A program made the translations under genes and the position numbers. Under the pieces are notes generated by a model. The model was not told the origin of the DNA. It did no database searches and saw nothing but the letters and a program-made list of their open reading frames with translations. From Balanoglossus misakiensis (lineage: Eukaryota; Animalia; Hemichordata), in contig CM082590.2 of assembly GCA_040954595.2 (NCBI GenBank), positions 8,681,764 through 8,745,763 on the forward strand: a DNA stretch of 64,000 nucleotides, given 5' to 3'. Each line of letters opens with the position of its first letter. Positions within the stretch are counted from its first letter, which is position 1. Positions 54,831-64,000 of this stretch are shown here, piece after piece.

Positions 54831-54857
54831 TGACGTAATTAATTTGCATTTACGTCA
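54831..54857 (+). promoter_or_regulatory. Inverted CRE/ATF-like sites flanking an octamer, upstream of GNAQ
   Basis: TGACGTAA-TTA-ATTTGCAT-TTACGTCA, upstream of the probable 5'-UTR exon (donor GTGAGT at about 55184). Confidence 0.4.
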
Positions 54858-55497
54858 TCACATGAACATTTTGTTAATATTTGCCACAGAAATAAATCAC
54901 GCAATAATTATATTTTATAAAATTTAAAAATTTCTTTGATTTTGTAATTATTTTTGGGCAATGAAAAGCGTCCAACCTCAGTTTTACTCCATATTAGGGT
55001 TCAGCTCTACACGACATCCCATAATATTCACCTACCGCTGCCGGATCCTATTTTTCTCGCTGTTACCGTAATTTAGTCCCCCCGCTGAAATTTTAGGAAA
55101 ATTCTCTTTAATTTGCGAATTTTGCGTGTAATAAAATAAATTCAACTGTATAACTGATATTTATACTGCGAAGCTTGGGTATGGTGAGTTAGGTTTTTAA
55201 TAAATGACGGGTGTTTGTGATTTTTTGTCGTTTAAATAGCTGCTACAGGGGGAGTTTGACTTTCGGAGTTGTCTTGTCTCCCTCCACCACACCCAACGAA
55301 GTGGCTCTATTTTATCTGTCTTTGTGATACTGTATCGGGGAAAATTGGGCGGTACCTGGCAGAAAAAGGCATCTCGAGTGCCATTGATTTGTGGTTGATT
55401 AATCCCGCTCTAGCCAGGGGAGTGAAATTTGACGGAGACTCGGTGCGTGGCTTTTAATTGAGGTATTTTTTGGTGTTTGCGAGCGCTGAAAAGCAAA

Positions 55498-56002
55498 ATG
55501 GCGTGCTGTCTCAGCGAAGAAGCGAAAGAGCAGAAACGAATCAACCAAGAAATTGAAAAGCAACTCCGAAAAGATAAACGAGATGCAAGGAGGGAACTCA
55601 AGCTACTTTTACTGGGTAAGTCTGTTAATTTTTCCTGGCGATCCATCGAAATCTACCCCAGAATCAGACATTTTTTCCTGCGATGTTAATGTATATAGCC
55701 ACACTGACTATATTGGCCGCCATGTTGTTCGTACCCCATTGATGCCTAGTACATTTCAGATGCCGGGATGCTTGTGCGATCTGTGTTAATATCTGCTGTG
55801 ATTTTCTCATGAAATAGGCACGGGAGAAAGTGGAAAGAGCACTTTTATTAAGCAAATGCGAATTATCCACGGATCGGGGTATACAGAAGAAGATAGGAAA
55901 ACCTTCACCAAGTTGGTCTACCAAAACATATTTATGGCGATGAACTCGATGATCAGAGCGATGGAAACACTCAAGATTCAATACAAAAACCAGAACAGCA
56001 TC
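55498..56002 (+). CDS. GNAQ: G protein alpha q subunit, coding exons 1 (55498-55615) and 2 (55818-56002); the gene continues beyond the window
   Basis: [40 protein letters not shown]|[27 protein letters not shown]...[24 protein letters not shown]. It has the Gq-type CC palmitoylation motif, the GTGESGKS P-loop, and canonical GTAAG/AG junctions at the intron positions conserved in Gq genes. Confidence 0.96.
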
Positions 56003-58140
56003 GTAAGTATTAAAAACACAGTTTTAATTCGTCGATCTTGTTTGCATTAGTCTTAGATCTCACTACTTCTGGGATGATGCTCTACATTGATGGTGCAATG
56101 AAACAAGGGAAACGTTTTTCCTGCTTGGTACCTTGGATGACCTATTTAGTCTTTAGGACACTTGTACTACAAACATAGCGTCTGCCCCGATTGTTAGCTA
56201 TTTTCTAGCATATTAAACAAGAAATCAACCCTCCCATGTCGATTTCCAAGTGAAATATACCACTGTTTTGAGACATAACAAAGACAAGGCTACTGTGAAG
56301 CCCTACAAGTACAAGTAGTGTTTGTAATTTTATAAAAACTACACCCTACATTTTGATTATAATAATTCCTATAGCATGATTAAAATATCTGACTCATGGC
56401 CTTGATTCTAAAATTAAAATATTCCAGTGAAACTTCAAAATATTTTGTCACTTATAGGTCATATTTTGACTCCTTCAATATTTCTGTGCAGGACAGACAG
56501 TGTAGAATTTTACCATGTGTCAGTTGATTGTTTTAAAATCAATGTCCAGATAATTTTTTTTATATTGGTTGGAATTGTTAGCTGCTAAATTAATGACTGT
56601 GTGAATTTTCCTGTTCCAAATAACTAGGGTATTGTTCAATACTGGGATGCTTCAATAACCATGGATACATGTAAATTATATGTAATGTCACAGACAGCTG
56701 GTGCGGCTATCTGCAATCACAAAACCAGGATGTTTTTAGATTTGTACATTTGTGAAATCTATTTCATGTTGTATTGTTGTTGCTATAAGAAATGTTTGGT
56801 TTGAATTGTCAGATGCTTCAATTATTTGTGTGTGTGTGTGTTCCCATGCTTCTTGAAATGTGTATTTTGCTATTGGCAATGTTTGGGTACACTTCCAAAA
56901 ACCAGGGCCTGGTTTCTGGAAAGACTGTATACCGAGTGTATTTGAGTAAAACAATGGGCCGATGCTTTGGGCCCACATAGACTACCCTGGTTAACTAACA
57001 ACCATGTACCCCTATTGGTAGTGTACACTGGTAAATCATTATTTTGTCATGTTAAGCTTACAAATGATTAATGCAAGGAATGGGGGTGTGTGTAACCCCT
57101 TTCACCCCCATGTATGTGCAAATGGGATCACCCATAAGAACAAAACTTGGACTTACCATGTGTTTATAGGGAGGAAGGGGAAAGATGTCATTGTCCAAGG
57201 GGAAAATGTGTGTATAAATATCTGTTGATACTGACTCCCTTGAAAAGTGGGATCACACTTCGGAAGTACGGAAATAGATGTTGAAATTCCTTGAAAAAAT
57301 TGTTCCCCACTAAGGTAGAAACTGTGTGGGGTAATTTTGAATTGAAATAGGAATTATCTTGGGGTTGAAATAAAGGTATAAAAATATATCAATACGTGGA
57401 AAAATATTACAATGGTTGAAACTGTGTGAGGCAATGTTTGATTTGAAATAGCAATTAGCGCGTTGTTTGTAAGTGAAAAAGGTTATGAAAATAGAACTGA
57501 TTCTTGGGGAAAAAATGGGTCTCACAATCATTGAGGCTGTTTTTTGACAAGAATTGGCAATAATCGTGCTGTTTAACCCTTTTACCCCCATTTCCGTATG
57601 TAGAGGTCCAGGTTGACCATCGAAAACCATAGGTTTGGACTGAACCATGGTGGTGAAAGGGTGTATTTTCTGCCCGTTTTCACAGTATGGAGGGGTGTGG
57701 GCATCCGAGGTCCGTTGTCCATCTCTCTCAGTGAGCATCGGGTTTCAGGAAGGAAGATATTTCAGTATGGCCGATAATATGTCTTCCGAAACTCTTCCAA
57801 TCGAGTATCGGCTATACAACTAATTGACAAACGGTGGGATTGTATTTCTATCCTGAAATACCGGACAACCAGCTTTCCCCCCTATATTCCTGTATATGGG
57901 TCGGTCCGCGCCACCAAAGAATGGGTGTAGACTATGGTACAATGGTGGGAAAGGGTGTGTGTTGTTTGTTGACCCAGATTTGTAATTGATCGCGAGAGAT
58001 GGGAGGGCTCGTGTCTGGCTTAGAGGTTACAGCCAGCTATTGAATAATCAGGCGACATATATGCAGTGAAACGGAGAACGCACGCAAACTAGGACATGTT
58101 TCAAGTTTCAAGAAATCTGTCCATTACGCTTCATATTCTA

Positions 58141-58243
58141 ATTCTAACACGTACAATTTCAAATGAGATTTTCGTAATTCTAACACATACGATTTCACTT
58201 GAGATTTTCGTAATTTCTAACTCGTATAATTTCAACAAGATTC
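58141..58243. repeat. 36-bp minisatellite, about 3 copies
   Basis: ATTCTAACACGTACAATTTCAAATGAGATTTTCGTA and variants. Confidence 0.8.
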
Positions 58244-59152
58244 AGAATCTATAATTCACAACACTTTTGAATTTCACAAATCTTATGATGCATTCGAGTT
58301 TGTTTTATTGTCGTTTATTTCTGAAACATGACCGAATTTGAACAAAAATAACCATGAAACACGTCTTTTTGTCTGTTGCTCGTTCGTCTGGAAGAATAAA
58401 ATCAATATGAAACACTCTGAATCAATACTGATAAGATTTTTGAAGTTCCTCTTCAGCAAAATATTCAAAACATTGATACAGTAATTTCCTATCTTACATA
58501 ATGCTGTAGTTTGGGCCCATCTACCCTTATAATTATGTTTCATAGTTACGGTATTAATTTTTCAGTAAAATTTTAAGGATGTCAAAGCTTGTATATAATT
58601 ATAATTTTTCGCAACTTGTGGTGGAATTTTTCTCAAGCTATCTATAATCATATCAAATTTTTATGCCAGTTTGAAAAATTATTGTTTTTAGCCCAAAATT
58701 TGACTCTCTCACCCCCAGTTCTCGCTTTAGAGGTCCAGCCCTACCATAGAAAACAATGGGCTTGGACTGAACCATGGTGGTGAAAGGGTTAAATTGGAAC
58801 GTTAAATCAAAATTGATTTGTGAACAGGATAATTATATGAGTGGGATATGTATTCAAATGCATTCAATTAATTGAACTTAAGGGGTCATGAAAATCTTTC
58901 ACTGGTATTACCGAATTCCTTGCGACGTGTTTAGCTCTGGGTTACCAAAGTCTGGGTAAACCCACAAAGTAAATAATGGTGTGCTGATCATAGCAGCAAA
59001 TGTGTATTTGTTACTGTCAGCTGTAAACCACGCCTCTCTGAAAAGACCATACAGAATTTATGTTAGATGTTTCTTCTGTTGAATGTAATGGTGCTGTATT
59101 CTGAATTCTCGATTATTGTGTTTTTTCTGTGTGTGGTATCGCTGTCTGTTAT

Positions 59153-59243
59153 TTAACCCTTTCACCCCCATTTCCTTATAGAGAGGTCCAACCTTGCTGT
59201 AACAAAGATGGGTTTGGACTGAACCATGGTGGTGAAAGGTTTA
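59153..59243. mobile_element. Family A piggyBac-type MITE in the GNAQ intron
   Basis: Same TIRs and internal GAGGTCCAAC...TTGGACTGAACCATGGTGG core. Confidence 0.75.
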
Positions 59244-59567
59244 AGGGACACAGAAATTCTGTATGCCTGTGGATTGAGTGCCCGGAGCATGCAATGCCAG
59301 GCCTTTAAATTTGAAAATTCAGGTGCCATCTTTAGGAGCTCCCTGTGTGATGTCATAGGTCACCTGGGGGTCAGAGTTCAAAGGGTAGAAAATGGTGTCA
59401 GTGAGACTGGATGGATGTAATGTTATGGCTATGGTTTGCTGGGGTTCTTGACGAAAACCACAGCACTGTACTAACCATACAAACTTAGCTTCTCTTTCAA
59501 AATAACAAATTCCGACCGTATCGGGTGGCGTGTCCACTCATCGCAGTTGCATTCTCGGTGCTATAGT

Positions 59568-59762
59568 TTAAAGGGACAAAGTCTCTCTCTCTCGCTGCCC
59601 CTTTTCCAGTAATTCTGTTTGATACAAGACACCATTTATGTTATTCTACATGTGGATATATGGTGAATCAACGTTCTACCACACATGACTTCCATCCCAC
59701 TTGTATGATATGAGAGTAAAAACTCGCTCAAAATGAATAATTGGTCCCTACCGCTTATTCCC
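59568..59762. mobile_element. Family B MITE, truncated copy
   Basis: Left TIR and first arm match 19350-19540. Confidence 0.75.
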
Positions 59763-60608
59763 AGTGTTACTTACAGCCATACATTATGTATAAATGCAAA
59801 TGAATTACAATACATGAAAAAATGTACAAGAGCTGTTTTGTCGTGTATCTTTCTTCCGTAATCTTATAAATAAAGTATGTTTGATATTGAAGGCATGGAT
59901 TTGTAGTACCAGCTTGTGAGCTTGTTTTGAAGCCTCTTGGATCTGGCCACATAATTTGGTTTCCTTGGTAACACCCTCTGTGCTGGGCGCATGGTTACCG
60001 TGGATACCAGATAGGCTGAGTCACTGTGATGTTCCAGTGTGTCAATACTTGTTGTTTAGGGAGATCTGTTGTCTTTGCATTGAGATACATGTGATAACCT
60101 TATCACATACCATTATTTGGTTCAGTTCCAACCTCCCCCCTTTCCTTTATAATTTGGTTTAACCCTGATTATTTTGATATGTTGGTCTGTGTCATTGTAT
60201 GTTGCCAGTTCATATTTTATAACAAGCTATTGGAATATTGTATTATATTTTAGTCTGTTGTATTCATTTTTGGTGAGCCACTTTATTAGTTATTAAAAAA
60301 CCAGGTGTAATATTATATGATGCGAGAATTCTTGGCTGACATGTCCGAGGTCAAAGGTCAGTCTCCATACTTGCCGTGGTATCGGAAGCGTACTAATTAC
60401 ACTTCCAGAATTCATCTGGAAGGGGTTGGGTTTCACGGATCGGGGAAGATGGAAGCGTGTGAGAATAGTTTGTGTTAATTTAAGATCTCTGCCGGTTGCG
60501 TTGATGTCTGTCTGATTTCAGTGTGGGTCAAATGCGATTTCAGACTGTGAAATTCATGTCACTGTCGGCGGCCATTTTTTGGGTACACCCCAGTATATTC
60601 ATGTACAG

Positions 60609-60811
60609 TACTGTAAAACACTTTATTTTCGCGAGTTAAAATTTTCACGATATCGAGAGAGGCCACTGTTTCGCGAGTACTAATTTTTGCGTTCTCTTAT
60701 TTCATTCACTGCATCGTTATCTTCAAAAAAACTTTTTATTTACACGCTATTTTGGCTCTCGTGTATTTCGCGAAAATTTATTGCTCGCGAAAATAAAGTG
60801 TTTTTACAGTA
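60609..60811. mobile_element. TA-flanked MITE, family F
   Basis: TACTGTAAAACACTTTATTTTCGCGAG...CTCGCGAAAATAAAGTGTTTTTACAGTA with repeated TTCGCGA motifs. Confidence 0.75.
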
Positions 60812-61044
60812 TTCAAATTGACTGATACACTATAGGGAGCCACGCACATAGGACAATAGCATGAGGTAACCTCGCGTTGACCTTACTTTCCCCCGTTTGT
60901 TTTATGTAGGTCCACCCACACTAGTGAAAAGATCATTGATCTTTGTGAGATTTTAGAGATGAAACCTGCGTTTATCGCATGCCAAGCATTTTGATTTATA
61001 AATTGTCAACTTGTTTCAATGTTTTTGAACTGTTGATGTATATG

Positions 61045-61209
61045 TACAGTTAAACCTGGCTATAGTGGCCAGTCAAGGGACGTTCCTAAACTGGCCATTA
61101 TAGTCAGGTGGTCCTTATAGACAGGTCAATTAATGTACATGTTAATTGCATAGGGAGTGTAACAAAGTGGCCACTATATAGAGGTGGCCACTAACACTGG
61201 TTTGAGTGT
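61045..61209. mobile_element. Family E MITE copy
   Basis: Reverse-complement match to 45946-46118. Confidence 0.75.
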
Positions 61210-61845
61210 TGTAACCAGGCTCCTAGGCTCTTGACCTTTCTGGGGATGGTCAGCGCGGAAAAAATGTGTCTGCCAGTCAGTGGAATGCCTGCTTGTCTCG
61301 AATCTCAGTTCATTGAGAAAGGAAGTCTGGACGTACTTGCCACTCGCTGTACATGTAGCTGCAGATCAAGGAGGCCCATTGCCACGGCAACTAAACCAGA
61401 TTTCGTCACCTTGGCAACAGATGCCAGTGTGTACTGGTCTCATTCAATGAGTCATTTTCGAGGCATCTGTAATTTTGGTTGTGAAATTTTTATGATGTTT
61501 GAACTAGTTTGAACTTAATTCGGGCGTGTGAGGTAATTTGGAATAACTAGGGTAACAACATATCTGGCTGATTCGTGTCACTGATTTCCCCTATCTTCGT
61601 GATGGAATATTCCCCAAATGAATACAGAAGGTCAAGTAGGCCGCACCCATTTCCAATAAAAGGGGTGATTGCAGTCAAGTTGGTACACTAACCAACATTT
61701 CATAAAAGTGATCTGAGGAGAATGAAAATCTAGACATGTTGACAAGATAATGTTTCAGGAGTAGAGATGTCAAACGTGCATATCATCTCACAGTGTCAAT
61801 CGGGTGAACGCGAAGAAATAACGGCCATGAAAATATTTCGCTTGA

Positions 61846-62025
61846 TACAGTAAAACCTATCTAAACCGAACCCTGTCTAATCTGGAAACCTGTCTATACC
61901 GAACACAGTTTCCTGTCCCTTTGACATAGAACCACATGTTAAAAGAACCTCTATAAACTGGACACCTGCAAACCGAACAATTTCTTCAGTCCCTTTGGTG
62001 TTCGGTTTAGACAGACTTCACTGTA
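61846..62025. mobile_element. Family D MITE copy (opposite orientation)
   Basis: TACAGTAAAACCTATCTAAAC...GTTTAGACAGACTTCACTGTA. Confidence 0.8.
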
Positions 62026-64000
62026 CATCATTTTTACCCACAAAGAAGCAATATGCCATGGTGAGAATTAAGCTCACAAATAAATGGTTTACATATCGAG
62101 AAAATAAGTAACCAGTGTATAAGATAACATACCAGCTGTTGTATTGCTCAGATATTGATATAATTGTGGGAATCATATTAATTAACGTCCAAACTTGCAA
62201 AAGTGGTTGTTTTGGGGAGTATAAAAATGGGGTTGTAGAAATTATTTAAATTTGATCTCTGTAGGGTTGATTTCGCGCAGGAAAATGAGTAAAAATAAGG
62301 GTTGTACTTGTAATGAGAAGATAGATAGAGAAAAAATGGTTGAGTGTAGATATGCTTGAGATATACATTTAGCTGTGACCCGAATCAATGACTGAACAGT
62401 ATTCCATGACGAGGAAATTAATAACTGCCAACAGACACAAAAGAGGCTCGGTCTTCGGGTGTGTAATTTCATCTAAGCGAAAAGGGAATTTTGAATGTCA
62501 TTAATTTGCCGGCATTGTCACGGAATTGTTCTTTTATTGCGAGATTAATACCCAAGATTATCATCCCCGCTGCTTCATTGATTATGTTAATTTAAATGTC
62601 CACTAATCGGGGTGTAGTGGATTGTCCTTTGATAATGCCAGTACAAGGTGTTAGGTGCGCACAGACAGGATAGAATGATGGTATTGAAAGTATGGATGGG
62701 TGAACAAAAGTGCATAGCGATAGTCGTACATGTCGTGTTCAGTGATGACCAGCAAAAAATGGACGAGCAAATGTTCGTTGCGATGTTGTGTTTATAGTAC
62801 ATTGACCAGCAAAAAAAGAAATGGCTGTCACCCCTATTTCTCTGTATGTGGGTCGTTTCAACCCCAAAGACAACTTGTCATCATCGTTTAAAAAATTAAC
62901 CATCATAACTTTTTCCATATTTTTGTGAAAATTTTGATCAAAATCTGTGGGCAGTGGGAAGTTATGTCAACCTGGTCCAAAATTACGGAACATATTAGAG
63001 AAAAATGCATGAAAAATGAGAAAATGTTCACCAACGTTTTGACTGGAAAAAAATGTGCGTTCACAGGGTTAACTATAAGGTCAGACCATACCAGTGGAAT
63101 ATTCCGGGTAATTGAAACGTAGTGATAATCGTTAACACAGAATTGGGTGTAACAGTAACTGTAAATTTAAATTCGGGACGCCGGGGTTACACATTTTCCT
63201 CCTGGTACGGCTTCATGGCGATCTGTCATCGTGCAGTAAACTTGTGGTTGGCCGTCTCTGTATGGGTGTAATAAAAAATGATTGAAGGAAATTAAAGCGA
63301 GTCTGCTTGAGATCACCGGCATGTGTGTGTACAACACGGACATTTATTGCTTCCACATTGGTTTCTATGGCGCCTGTTTCCATACCACCAGAGCTGGTCT
63401 GTTTCATGGCTGACAGACTCGCCAGGTTTTGACCTCTGACCTCTGAAATATATGCGTACGCCCCCTTTCCTCACTGATCTGTTTCACGCGTGATAGGTTC
63501 GCCCGATTGACCTCTGACACGGGGAGAAACATGCAAGGGAACACGACTATCTAGGGCCTACCCCGGCCGGAGGTTTCGAGCCCCGGCTGCAGAGTTGAGT
63601 TGTTGGCGAGCGTAAACAGGTTTTATGTAGGCCTAGTCGCAATTGATCGCCTCTAGAATTGATTTGCGGTGGTTTTGAAAATAAAATTAAAGAACGGTGT
63701 CAGCAGCCAAGTAACGAAGCAAAATATGCATAAATTAATAATTCCAGTTCCAAAGAACGGCCACACCTTACATACACAGAGACTTTTTGAATGCCCTGTA
63801 TTCTAGATAATAGGAGACATTGAAATACAATATTGATAACATGGCCTTTACAGGTATTGCATTGTCACTGCCAAGCTCAAGGGCATTGCCAAGTTCGTTC
63901 TGCATCATTGCCAAGGTCAAAGTATCAGGTTGCCAAGGACTTGTCATAGCACTGTCATTATCACATTGGCCCGTACAAGGTTGAGGGGCATATATGTAAA

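Noticed and set aside
58141-58243. CRISPR-like 36-bp repeats
   Set aside because: The units are contiguous without unique spacers, the context is eukaryotic, and there are no cas genes.
63555-63600. tRNA or SINE-like T-loop (CCGGGGCTCGAAACCTCCGG on the minus strand)
   Set aside because: No A box, cloverleaf or second copy in the window.
56003-64000. GNAQ exon 3 or alternative Gq exons
   Set aside because: No DPGIQECYDRRREYQL-like coding segment was found, so exon 3 lies beyond the window.

Overview
This is AT-rich, intron-containing animal genomic DNA, probably from a marine invertebrate (inferred from the Gq N-terminus and repeat content). I found three protein-coding loci. (1) A roughly 39-exon minus-strand gene (CDS 47048 to 8564, about 1,700 aa) encodes a FAM186A/B-like coiled-coil protein, with RFX X-boxes in its promoter and a run of candidate microexons. 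(2) An intronless minus-strand TYW5 (tRNA wybutosine JmjC hydroxylase; 50871 to 49944) is broken by an apparent 32-nt frameshifting deletion. (3) The first two coding exons of a G-alpha-q gene lie on the plus strand (from 55498). The most notable unannotated signal is a pair of box C/D snoRNAs (51197-51283 and 51438-51522, minus strand) in the apparent 5'-UTR introns of the TYW5 transcript. Their 11-nt guide matches 28S rRNA at the site equivalent to yeast Um2347 (snR65). The locus therefore looks like a snoRNA host gene whose last exon carries an intronless tRNA-modification CDS. The rest is several MITE families, microsatellites and tandem duplications. All calls were made by eye without database searches.
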